From a virus (lineage: Duplodnaviria > Caudoviricetes), in IMG/VR virus record IMGVR_UViG_3300005918_000026, positions 1 through 56,164 of that record: DNA of 56,164 nt. The stretch is one strand, 5' to 3'. The translations under genes were made by a program, and so were the position numbers. The notes below the pieces were generated by a model. That model was not told the DNA's origin, made no database searches, and was given only the letters and a program-made list of their open reading frames with translations. Positions 38,832 to 48,249 of this stretch are shown one piece after another (the first letter of the stretch is position 1; every line of letters starts with the position of its first letter).

Positions 38832-39703
38832 TAACTTTTACTAAAATAGGCTCGCTAGGAAGATTGGGAAACCAAATGTTCCAATACGCTGCGCTAAGAG
38901 GGTTATCTTTAAAAAATGGGTATGAGGTGAAAATTCCAAACCCAAAATCAAGGGCGTGGCAAGGGCAAAAATGTTTATTAGGAGAATTTAATATAGAAGC
39001 TTCTTATTTAGAATCCTCCGATTTAAAAAATATTGTTAAACGATACAATGAGCCGTCTTGGAAAACAATTGATAAAAACTTTTTTGACATACTTGATAAT
39101 ACTGATATTAGCGGATTTTTTCAAAGCACGTTTTATTTTGAAGAGTTTGCTGAAAATATAAAAAAAGAGTTGAGACCAAAAGAACACCATATTCAAAAAA
39201 ACAAGATGTTTATAGATGAAATAAAAAATAAATATCCAGAATATGAGTTGGTGTCGGTTCATATTAGAAGAGGGGATAATACGCAGGGGCTAAATAATGG
39301 AGTAGCAAGTCAGATATATCCTAAAATATATGATAAAGGGGGGCTCTATTTTCAATATTTTGAGAAAGCCAAAAAAATATTTGAGAAAAAAAAGGTGAAA
39401 TATATTGTTTTTTCTGGAGGTGCTAGAGGAAGCGAGGATAATAAAAGCGATATAGATTGGTGCAAATCTACTTTTAAGGGAAACGATTATATATTTTCAG
39501 ACGGGTGCGAACCGCTCGATGATTTTTGCAGGATTATGTTGTGCGACCATAACATAATGTGTCATATTAGTAGTTTTGGTTGGTGGGCAGCTTTTCTTAA
39601 TGAGAACGAAAATAAAATTGTTACCGCTCCAAAATTTTATCATCCAGAAGACCAATCTTTAATAAGAACAAAATTTTATCCAAAAGAATTTAAAATAATT
39701 TAA
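38828..39703 (+). CDS. Alpha-1,2-fucosyltransferase family (GT11)
   Basis: GRLGNQMFQYA, GFFQS..YF, HIRRGD, SSFGWWAA. Confidence 0.92.
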   Translation: MITFTKIGSLGRLGNQMFQYAALRGLSLKNGYEVKIPNPKSRAWQGQKCLLGEFNIEASYLESSDLKNIVKRYNEPSWKTIDKNFFDILDNTDISGFFQSTFYFEEFAENIKKELRPKEHHIQKNKMFIDEIKNKYPEYELVSVHIRRGDNTQGLNNGVASQIYPKIYDKGGLYFQYFEKAKKIFEKKKVKYIVFSGGARGSEDNKSDIDWCKSTFKGNDYIFSDGCEPLDDFCRIMLCDHNIMCHISSFGWWAAFLNENENKIVTAPKFYHPEDQSLIRTKFYPKEFKII

Positions 39704-39715
39704 AACAATTGAACA

Positions 39716-40405
39716 ATGAAATTAGTATTTGATATCGGATATAACAACGGGGATTTTACAAAAGAATGTTTAAAAAGATTTCCTGACAGCAAGGTTACTG
39801 CTGTGGAGGCTAATCCGAACTTATGTTTAAGAAAAAACCCTCCAAATTGCACTTTACTAAATAGGCTTGCTGCTGAAACAAGTGAAGAGTTAGTCGATTT
39901 TTATATCGCACCACATCAATCAGGAATCTCGACTGCATCCGTAGAGTTTATGCAAAATTCTCGATTCACCAAAGGTAGTAAGAATTTGCCTAAGAAATCT
40001 GGACGTTGGAATAAAATCCCTATAAAAATAAAATCAATCACGCTTGATAAAATGATTGAAATTTATGGAACCCCAGATTTGATGAAAATAGATGTGGAAG
40101 GATATGAATTTAATGTTTTAAAAGGATTGACTAAGAAAGCAAAAGATATTTGTTTTGAATGGCATGAAGAAGAATATGATAACCTGCTTAAGATTGTTGA
40201 ACATTTACAAAAAATAGGCTATGAGCAGTTCGGAGTTATCGGATGGTTTGATGAAAGAGACGTTTTCGAAAAAGCAACTTTCTCAAAAAAAGGAGACCCT
40301 TATATGGAATATCCAAAGAATTTTTACACCTGGGAGGAGTTAGACATGCCTAAGCTTGTAAACCCAGAAAGAAGAGTTAATTACGGAATGTTTTTTGCTA
40401 AATAA
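39716..40405 (+). CDS. FkbM family methyltransferase
   Basis: FDIGYNNG, VEANP, ITLD, KIDVEGYE..VLKG. Confidence 0.9.
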   Translation: MKLVFDIGYNNGDFTKECLKRFPDSKVTAVEANPNLCLRKNPPNCTLLNRLAAETSEELVDFYIAPHQSGISTASVEFMQNSRFTKGSKNLPKKSGRWNKIPIKIKSITLDKMIEIYGTPDLMKIDVEGYEFNVLKGLTKKAKDICFEWHEEEYDNLLKIVEHLQKIGYEQFGVIGWFDERDVFEKATFSKKGDPYMEYPKNFYTWEELDMPKLVNPERRVNYGMFFAK

Positions 40406-40414
40406 TTATAAAAT

Positions 40415-41323
40415 ATGAAAATAGTTGTAGATAGCGGCGGCGAGTATAAAGATATGATAAATAGTTATTATGACCTGGAAAGGTATAATGACGATTCAGA
40501 AGAGTGTGTTTTATTTTTAGGTTATAAAACGTCAAATGATGAACAATTAAAAAAGAAATTTGCTCATATACCCAAGAGAATTTATATTAATTTAGAGGCC
40601 CCATGTTCTTTTACTGGCACCAAAACAGCTGTAAGTAGCCAAAATTATTTTACACATGTATACACAATTTGTCCCTATACGGCAGAGTGGCTTAAAGATA
40701 AATCGGACACTAAGTATATTCCAATACCATTTCCTTTTAATGCTGACAGTTTTAAACATTTAGATTATAGTATAGATAAAGAATATGATGTTATGTACAT
40801 GGGCACCATTATGGATAACGCCCATAAGAACATGCTCTTTACAATGAAAAAACATAAATATATATTAACCTCACTGTTCCAATATCCAGGTGTCACACAT
40901 GTTAATATTAACAGTGCTAAAAAATGGGAGTTACTTAGCAAGTCTAAAGCCTCTATTGCAATGAATGTTGCTCCGATTGCTGGACAACACAAAAATTTTA
41001 TAAAACAATATAACAAATGGGATGAAAATGAAGCATTTAAACATTTAGATGTTAATTATATTCCTCAATTTAAACCAAGAGTAATTGAGTCTATGATGTG
41101 CAAAACTCTTGTTTTGGTTAAAAAAGACCCTTGGAATGTTATTGAAAAATGGTTTGAGCCCGATAAACATTTTATCTATTGGGACAACCTTCAAGAGCTA
41201 AATACATTGTTAGAACATATCAAACACAACCTTGACACATATCAAGATATTGTAGATGCTGCTTATAGTAAAGTCCAAGAATATGAAATACATTATTTAT
41301 ATAAAAATCTGATACATGATTAA
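40415..41323 (+). CDS. Glycosyltransferase-like protein (GT-B C-terminal signature)
   Basis: K.YDVMYMG, KPRVIES...KTLVL, IEKWFEPDKHFIY; operon context. Confidence 0.6.
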   Translation: MKIVVDSGGEYKDMINSYYDLERYNDDSEECVLFLGYKTSNDEQLKKKFAHIPKRIYINLEAPCSFTGTKTAVSSQNYFTHVYTICPYTAEWLKDKSDTKYIPIPFPFNADSFKHLDYSIDKEYDVMYMGTIMDNAHKNMLFTMKKHKYILTSLFQYPGVTHVNINSAKKWELLSKSKASIAMNVAPIAGQHKNFIKQYNKWDENEAFKHLDVNYIPQFKPRVIESMMCKTLVLVKKDPWNVIEKWFEPDKHFIYWDNLQELNTLLEHIKHNLDTYQDIVDAAYSKVQEYEIHYLYKNLIHD

Positions 41324-42035
41324 TGCAACGTTTATTAACAAAAGGCACATTAAGTTGTCTGATAGAGTACGTCAAGTAATGGGCTCTTCCAGAAATGGTC
41401 AAATTTATGAACTAGGAATGGTGCAAGCATTTTTTAATAAAATGGTTGCTATTCCAAGAGATAAATATGTTTATTTAGATATTGGAGCTAATACAGGAAG
41501 TTATGCCTTGTTGCCAATAATAAAAGATAATATAACTTGTCATGCATTTGAGCCTAATCCTGTTGCCTATGATGTACTAAAAGAAAACGTTGAATTGAAC
41601 AATTTAAAAAATACTCATATTCACAATATGGGTTTTTGGAAAGAAGATAAAGAGCTAGAACTTAAGACTCCAAAAGATTTATCCGATAGTGGACTATCAA
41701 CACTTGGAGAAAATCCAACAAGATTTAAATATTCTAATAAAACAGGGGAGTATACTACTCAAAAGGTTGAGTGTAAGAAAATTGATACTATTGTTGAAGA
41801 GCTTAAATTAGAAGAAGTTCACGCTATTAAAATTGATACAGAAGGGGCTGAATTGCTCATACTACAAGGGGGCGAAAAAACATTGAAGTCTCAAAAGCCT
41901 TTATTGTTATTGGAATACGACGATAAAAACACAAAACAGTTTGGATATCTAAGAGAAGATATTAAAAATTTGCTAATTTTATATGGATATGATAATTTTG
42001 TTATGTATGGAAAAAGTGATATATTTGTTTTTTAA
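41316..42035 (+). CDS. FkbM family methyltransferase
   Basis: LDIGANTG, AFEPNP, IKIDTEGAEL.ILQG. Confidence 0.92.
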   Translation: MINATFINKRHIKLSDRVRQVMGSSRNGQIYELGMVQAFFNKMVAIPRDKYVYLDIGANTGSYALLPIIKDNITCHAFEPNPVAYDVLKENVELNNLKNTHIHNMGFWKEDKELELKTPKDLSDSGLSTLGENPTRFKYSNKTGEYTTQKVECKKIDTIVEELKLEEVHAIKIDTEGAELLILQGGEKTLKSQKPLLLLEYDDKNTKQFGYLREDIKNLLILYGYDNFVMYGKSDIFVF

Positions 42036-42037
42036 TT

Positions 42038-42751
42038 ATGGAAAAAAAATATGCTAAAATTGTTGCCGCTAGTTTTGCCAAAGTGGGTACTCAAACGGTA
42101 GATAGGTCATTAAAAGAAAAATGTGAACACGCACAGTCAATTGTTCGACTTAAAAAATATTTTGAGAATGGGAATACATTATTTATTTGTGGTGTTCGAG
42201 AATTTGTTGGCAGGAATATGTCTTATTTTTTCCAAACAATAAGCGATAAGACGCATAATGATGTAAAACACAAAGGAAATGATTATAAAGGAGAGCTTTG
42301 TTTTCTAGGAGAGCAGCAAGCGGTTCAAAAAATGGACATAGATTTTTTAATCGACACTTTCTATAAAAGAAAATAGATGCACGAAACACCCGTTGTGTGG
42401 TTTGAAGAGTTCTTTGAAACAGTTGGGTTTAATTACAAAACAGAAGCATTTAACAAAGAAAAAGGATATCAGTTTTACAATTTAAAAAACAATAATAATT
42501 TACTGTTATATAGGCTTGACGATATTGTCGCTATGATAAAAAATGTTGATATATTCAAAAATAAAGTCATTAGCACAAATATTGGAGCGAAAAAATGGTA
42601 TAAAAGTCAATATAAAAATTTCAAAGATGAGATAAGTTTTTCTGATGAGTATTTAGAAAAACAACTTAATAATGATGTTATGAAATTTTTTTATCTTGAC
42701 AAAGAAAAAGATACATTTATAAAAAAATATAGAGTTGGTGGTAAAATATAA
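42038..42751 (+). pseudogene. Sulfotransferase-fold / putative capsular polysaccharide synthesis (NKWYS-like) protein, split by an in-frame TAG at 42374-42376
   Basis: AKVGTQT, R...RNMSYFFQ and NIGAKKWY motifs; both ORFs share one frame; the TAG aligns with TGG (Trp) in the adjacent paralogue. Confidence 0.7.
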
Positions 42752-43446
42752 TAAAACTATAAGAATTGCAAATTTTGCTAAAGTGGGAACGCACACTGTT
42801 ACCAAGTCGCTAAAAAAGGGGTATATAAAGAAAAGTGCTCACTCTACGCATGTTTTAAAACTTTGGAATAATGGTCAAAAAAATGATTTGATTATTGTCG
42901 GGTTTAGAGAATTTGTTGGCAGAAACATGTCTTAATTTTTTCAAACATTTTGCAGTAAAATTTATAATGATGTAAAACACAAAGGGAATAATTATAAGGG
43001 AGAGCGTGGTTTCGTAGGTACGTCAAAAGTTTTGCAAAAAATGGAAACCATATCTTTAGCTGAAATTTTTTTTAAAAGAGGCTGGATGCATGAAACACCG
43101 TTAATATGGATGCAAGAAGCTTTTGATGTCTTGAAATTTGATTGTAAAAAAAGAAACATTTGACAAAGAAAGAAAATATCAGCTTTATGAATTAAAAAGC
43201 GGTAATTATTTATTATTATATCGAGTAGATGGTGTGGATGATATGATTAATGAGTTGGATATTTTTGGCGAAATAAAATATGACAACATAGGGAGTGAAA
43301 AACATTATGGCAATAAGTATAAAGAGTTTAAAGATAACATTTGTTTTACAGATAATTATTTGGAAACTCAATTAAATAATGATATTATGAAATTCTTTTA
43401 TACTGAGAGTGAAATTAATAATTTTATAAAAAAATACAAAAGATGA
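42735..43446 (+). pseudogene. Second NKWYS-like/sulfotransferase-fold paralogue, broken by TAA (42933-42935) and an extra A in the A7 run (43146-43152)
   Basis: Read-through gives RNMS*FFQTF...NDVKHKGNNYKGE...KRGWMHETP, collinear with copy 1; the TAA aligns with TAT (Tyr). Confidence 0.75.
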
Positions 43447-44378
43447 AATTTTGGAAAAACAAAAAAGTTTTAATCACTGGAGCTAGCGGATTTGTTGGCC
43501 AAAACCTAGTTAAAAAACTCAAAGAAATTGGTGTGAAAAATTTATTAACACCTAGTAGCAGTGAACTTGATTTGACAAGTGAAGCTTCTGTTAAAAAATA
43601 TTTTGAATCTAACAAGCCTGGGATTGTATTTCACATGGCAGGTAAAGTAGGCGGGATAGGAATTAATAAAGAGAAACCAGCTGAGTTTTACTATGACAAT
43701 GCTATTATGGGTTTGTTAATAACACATTACGCGTACAAAACAGGCGTTGAGAAACTAGTTTCCGTTGCCGCTGGATGTGGATACCCACTTGGTCTTGAAA
43801 CTCCATATGCAGAGGAGGATTTTTGGAAAGGCCTCCCTGATGAAAACTCTCTAGGATATTCAATGGCGAAAAAGAATTTAATTTTACAATCATGGACATA
43901 TAGAAAACAATATGGATTCAATTCAACCGTTTTATTGCCAGCCAATATTTATGGACCTCATGACAACTTCAATTTAGATACTTCCCATGTAGTTCCTGCT
44001 CTAATTAAGAAGTTTATAGAGGCTAAGAAAAATAATGATAACTCTGTTGTTGTATGGGGGAGCGGTATTGCCTCTCGAGAATTTCTATATGTAGAAGATA
44101 TGGTCAATGTTTTAGTTGATATTGCAGAAAAATATGATGAAAGTGGACCACTTAATCTTGGAACTGGAGTTGAAACTACTATTAAAGAGCTGATAGAAAC
44201 TATTAAGGAGATAACAGAGTTTGAAGGTGAAATCGTATGGGACTCTTCAAAGCCTGATGGTCAAATAAAGCGTTATTATGATATGAGCAAGCTTGAAAAA
44301 ACTCTTGGGTATGTTCCTTCTACGAAGGTTAAAGATGGATTGATTAAAACTATTAAATGGTATAAAAATGAATATTAA
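43443..44378 (+). CDS. fcl: GDP-L-fucose synthase-like epimerase/reductase
   Basis: TGASGFVG, ELDLT, AGKVGGIG.N...PAEF, YSMAK, NIYGPHDNF...SHVVPALIKKF, WGSG..SREFLYV. Confidence 0.88.
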   Translation: MKFWKNKKVLITGASGFVGQNLVKKLKEIGVKNLLTPSSSELDLTSEASVKKYFESNKPGIVFHMAGKVGGIGINKEKPAEFYYDNAIMGLLITHYAYKTGVEKLVSVAAGCGYPLGLETPYAEEDFWKGLPDENSLGYSMAKKNLILQSWTYRKQYGFNSTVLLPANIYGPHDNFNLDTSHVVPALIKKFIEAKKNNDNSVVVWGSGIASREFLYVEDMVNVLVDIAEKYDESGPLNLGTGVETTIKELIETIKEITEFEGEIVWDSSKPDGQIKRYYDMSKLEKTLGYVPSTKVKDGLIKTIKWYKNEY

Positions 44379-45078
44379 CGGTCTTAGATTGGATAATAAT
44401 GGAAAATTAGATATTCCAGCCCATATTGAAAATATCAAAATAGATGTTGGCTTATCATGGTGTGCCCCAAACTCTGCCAGATGGTTGTTCGGAGAGGATA
44501 AATTGTTTGTTATTGGGGTAGAGCCAAATGACCAAGCTATTAAAAGTATCAAAGATAAAGGCATGGTTTGGCACAAAACAACAGAAGTTGTTTATAATGA
44601 AGATAATTATATGTTACTTGAATGTGCTCTCGATAATGTTGACGAGTTACAAATGGTTGATTTTTATCACATGGAGGGAGACCCAGGCACATCTAGTTTA
44701 ATGAAGCCGTCTCCAAAGCTTGTAAAAAAACAGAAGATTGATTTTGTAAAAAAAGTTCCCGTTATATCTCTTTCTGATATTTTAGAAAAAATACCTTGGG
44801 ATAGATTTGAATATATCGAACATATTAAAACTGACGCTCAGGGAAAAGATTTATGTGTGTTTATGAGCGCTGGAGACTATATTGAAAAAGTTGTTTACTT
44901 AGATGTTGAAGTGTCTACAGCAGGACACTATATGAATGAGATAAATGAGAACCATGTAGTCCAAATAATCAAAGAAAAAGGATTTAAAGTTCTTAAAAGG
45001 GGCATGAACACTACTTTTTTAAATACGAGATATGAAAATATTCACAAAAACATTAAACATTTAATAATAGGATGTTAA
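44368..45078 (+). CDS. FkbM-like methyltransferase
   Basis: KIDVGL, GVEPN, GTSSL, IKTDAQGKDL. Confidence 0.75.
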   Translation: MNINGLRLDNNGKLDIPAHIENIKIDVGLSWCAPNSARWLFGEDKLFVIGVEPNDQAIKSIKDKGMVWHKTTEVVYNEDNYMLLECALDNVDELQMVDFYHMEGDPGTSSLMKPSPKLVKKQKIDFVKKVPVISLSDILEKIPWDRFEYIEHIKTDAQGKDLCVFMSAGDYIEKVVYLDVEVSTAGHYMNEINENHVVQIIKEKGFKVLKRGMNTTFLNTRYENIHKNIKHLIIGC

Positions 45079-45093
45079 AAATTTAAAACAATT

Positions 45094-46080
45094 ATGAAAA
45101 AAATATTAATCACAGGAGGAGCTGGTTTTATAGGTTCTCATTTAGCAAAAAGACTTGTTAAGCAAGGTCATGAAGTTACAGTTGTAGATAATTTTGAAAG
45201 AGGTAAAATTGAATATCTAAAAGACTGTGAGGGTTTTCCTAATTTGCGAATTGTCCATTCGGATTTGCGAGAAATTAGTGAGAATGATAGCGAATCTTTA
45301 TTTGAGGATGTTGATACGGTAATTCACATGGCGTCAAAAGTTGGTGGCATTAACACATATCTTTCAAAACCGTATGAGGTGATGGCGGCTAACATTAAAA
45401 TAGACTCTAATGTTCTTAATGCAGTTATAAAAAATGGAATACCAAGATATTATTATGCATCAAGCGCTCATGTATATCCCAAAAATTTACAAGGCGATAA
45501 AGACTCTCCAAAAATATCGGAGAACGAGGTTATTCCTGCAGACCCAGAGCTTTCTTATGGGTGGGGTAAACTAATTGGAGAAAAAATGGTTGAATACGCA
45601 TGTCAAGAAAACTCTACTTTGCGAGCTGCGGTTGGTCGATTTATAGGTATTTATGGAGAAAATCAAGATTTTGACCTTGAAACAGGTTCTGTAATTCCAG
45701 TTTTTTCACACAGAGCGGTTAAACATCCTGAAATTCCTTTTATTGTTAAAGGTACAGGAGAGGAAACTAGGTCTTATTGTTTTATAGAGGATGCTTTAGA
45801 TTGTATTGAGTTAATGTTGGATAAATTAGACAACCAGCAGATAATAGGCCCTCTTAACGTTGGAAAGGAAGAAAGAATATCAATTAAGAATATTGCTGAA
45901 AAAATCATTGACATTTCTGGTAAAAATGTTTATATTGATTTTGATAGGAGTTGTAAGACTGTTATTTGGGGGCAATGGTGTGATTTATCAAAAACAAAGA
46001 AAGTTCTTGACTGGGAGGCAAAAACCACCATGGAGCAAGGGTTAAAAAAAGTTTACGAAGATATTAAAAAAAGATTATAA
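45094..46080 (+). CDS. NAD-dependent epimerase (GDP-mannose 3,5-epimerase-like)
   Basis: TGGAGFIGSHL, MASKVGGI, YASSA.VYP..LQ, YGWGK, ETRSYCFI. Confidence 0.85.
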   Translation: MKKILITGGAGFIGSHLAKRLVKQGHEVTVVDNFERGKIEYLKDCEGFPNLRIVHSDLREISENDSESLFEDVDTVIHMASKVGGINTYLSKPYEVMAANIKIDSNVLNAVIKNGIPRYYYASSAHVYPKNLQGDKDSPKISENEVIPADPELSYGWGKLIGEKMVEYACQENSTLRAAVGRFIGIYGENQDFDLETGSVIPVFSHRAVKHPEIPFIVKGTGEETRSYCFIEDALDCIELMLDKLDNQQIIGPLNVGKEERISIKNIAEKIIDISGKNVYIDFDRSCKTVIWGQWCDLSKTKKVLDWEAKTTMEQGLKKVYEDIKKRL

Positions 46081-46508
46081 TGAAAGAAAGAAAATACTTA
46101 CCAACGCTATCCGAACTTGTAGATAGATTGTCTATTGCACAATTAAAAGAAGTTTTCATCACAGAACATAAAGAGGAATATGGAGATGAAATTAAAGATA
46201 TTCTTCACGATATTGACCTGCTTTTAATAGAACAGGCCGAGCTAAATGGTGATGAGAAACCAACTATTAATGCTGAAACAATTAGAGCGATAGTTGTATT
46301 ATCTCAAATGAATTTGCACATCTGGCACAATGAGTCAAATTATAGAAAAGGTATTAAAGATGGTAATGACTTAGAATTGACACATGGTCTCAACGGAATA
46401 AGAAATGTTGCAAAAAACAAAATTCAAGAGCGTGTTGGCGGTCGTAAAGATTATAAAATAGATTGCTTAGCTGCTGATTTTAAAGACTGGGAGATTAGCT
46501 GGAATTAA
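46080..46508 (+). CDS. Conserved helical hypothetical protein of sugar-biosynthesis loci
   Basis: LSELVDRLSIAQLK, N..IWH.E, N..RN..KN.I. Confidence 0.65.
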   Translation: MKERKYLPTLSELVDRLSIAQLKEVFITEHKEEYGDEIKDILHDIDLLLIEQAELNGDEKPTINAETIRAIVVLSQMNLHIWHNESNYRKGIKDGNDLELTHGLNGIRNVAKNKIQERVGGRKDYKIDCLAADFKDWEISWN

Positions 46509-46519
46509 AAACTGATTTA

Positions 46520-47266
46520 ATGAAAAAAATTTTAGTAATTGGCGACAGTTGCCAAGATATATACATTTATGGAAAGTGTGAAAGACTTTGTCCTGATGCG
46601 CCCGTTCCCGTTTTTACTCCAAAACATAAAACTGAAACAGGCGGCATGGCAAAAAATGTATACAATAATCTGGTGAGCCTGGAAAGTGATTGTCATCTGT
46701 TAACTAATCAGACAGAAATTACAAAAACGAGATATGTTGACGACAAAACAAATCAGATGTTGGTACGTGTAGATGTTGGCGAAGACGATGTTGACGAAAT
46801 TGATTTACATGACGTAGAGTTGGGAAAATATGATGCAATTGTTATATCAGACTATGTAAAAGGATTCTTAAATCAAAAAACAATTCAACTGTTGTGTGAG
46901 TCGCACGATACTGTTATCATCGACACAAAAAGACTTCTTGGAAAATACATTGAGAAAGCTGCTTTTATTAAATTGAATGGTCAAGAATATAAACAATCGA
47001 AACACATCTTAGAAACTCTTCCTCATTTAGAAGATAAGATTTTAATTACTCTTGGCAATGGTGGTTGTACTTATCAAGGATGTAATTATCCTGTAGAAAA
47101 AGTTGATATTAAAGACCAGACTGGGGCTGGCGATACTTTTACAGCTGCCTTTATCTTAAAATTTTTAGAAGAAAAAGACATTTCAAAATCTATTATATAT
47201 GCTAACGATTGTGCAACTCAAGTAGTTCAAAAACGAGGAGTTGCTACAGTTAAAAAAACTAAATAA
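46520..47266 (+). CDS. PfkB-family sugar kinase (RfaE/HldE heptose-kinase domain-like)
   Basis: LVIGD...D.YIYG.CERL.PDAPVPV, ISDY.KG, D.TGAGDTF. Confidence 0.88.
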   Translation: MKKILVIGDSCQDIYIYGKCERLCPDAPVPVFTPKHKTETGGMAKNVYNNLVSLESDCHLLTNQTEITKTRYVDDKTNQMLVRVDVGEDDVDEIDLHDVELGKYDAIVISDYVKGFLNQKTIQLLCESHDTVIIDTKRLLGKYIEKAAFIKLNGQEYKQSKHILETLPHLEDKILITLGNGGCTYQGCNYPVEKVDIKDQTGAGDTFTAAFILKFLEEKDISKSIIYANDCATQVVQKRGVATVKKTK

Positions 47267-47271
47267 CACTT

Positions 47272-48249
47272 ATGAAACCAATAGATTACAAAACAACAGA
47301 CGATAAATCATATTATAAAAGAAAAGATTATTCAGTAAAGATTAATGCAGTTGATAATATTGTGAAAAGCCTACAAGGTGTAAATAAAATTTTTGATTGT
47401 GGTTGTAACAATGGTAATGTATCATATCCTTTACAAAAAAAATATAATAAAACGGTTATAGGTATGGATTTATCTACCGATTTAAACCCGCCTAAAGATT
47501 ATAGTTTTATTAATGGAGATATTGCTAAAATCAATCATAATTTATCTAGTGATTGTACAATTTTTTTAAGCCTATACCACCATATGTTAGGCAAATACGG
47601 TTTAGATGTTGCAGACGATATATTTTATAAGCTATTGTTTAATAGTAAATATTTAATATTTGATACTGGAAATGTATCAGAAAGCCAAAGAAGAGACCAT
47701 TATTGGTATAAAAAACAAAAGGAACATTTTAAAAATGAAGATGAATTATTAAATCATTTTGGCGTTAAATATGAAAGGTATAATTCTTATAATGTGGGGG
47801 GCGGTGCTAGAAGCATTGTTCTTTTTAAAAATGATAAAACTACCGATTTTAAAGTATTACAAACACTTAAAAGAAAACATGGGTCTGAAAAACAAAATAA
47901 AGGACTGTTTGGCATTAATACTCCTGGGACTAATTTTTATGATAGTAAAGTTGCAACGGTTTTTACTCAATTAAAATTAGGAAATAAAACTATGTTTGGG
48001 AAAAAAGTAGTTATACCAAATCGACATGATACAGAAATGGAAAATATCAACCTAGCTTATCAACATATCAGTTCTGATAAATTAATTAAATTTTATGGTT
48101 ATCATGAAACATATGGATTTTTATTTGAATGGGTTGATGATTTTAAATATTTAAATAGAACTAAATTAACAGTGGGCAGCGTAGAGCTTGTTGATGTTGA
48201 TGTGATAGAAATAAATGGTGTAAAAAAATATATTGATTTTGAAAGATAA
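47272..48249 (+). CDS. Class I SAM methyltransferase with a C-terminal kinase-like region
   Basis: FDCGCNNG, IGMD, FLSLYHH; C-terminus has FGKK...E...LIKFYG...LFEWV, resembling a kinase N-lobe/hinge. Confidence 0.6.
   Translation: MKPIDYKTTDDKSYYKRKDYSVKINAVDNIVKSLQGVNKIFDCGCNNGNVSYPLQKKYNKTVIGMDLSTDLNPPKDYSFINGDIAKINHNLSSDCTIFLSLYHHMLGKYGLDVADDIFYKLLFNSKYLIFDTGNVSESQRRDHYWYKKQKEHFKNEDELLNHFGVKYERYNSYNVGGGARSIVLFKNDKTTDFKVLQTLKRKHGSEKQNKGLFGINTPGTNFYDSKVATVFTQLKLGNKTMFGKKVVIPNRHDTEMENINLAYQHISSDKLIKFYGYHETYGFLFEWVDDFKYLNRTKLTVGSVELVDVDVIEINGVKKYIDFER

Noticed and set aside
42374-42376. Genome-wide TAG stop-codon reassignment
   Set aside because: Only one internal TAG was seen. Long genes are intact in the standard code and TAG ends several genes at plausible C-termini (neck, MCP, wecB, 11856..12974).
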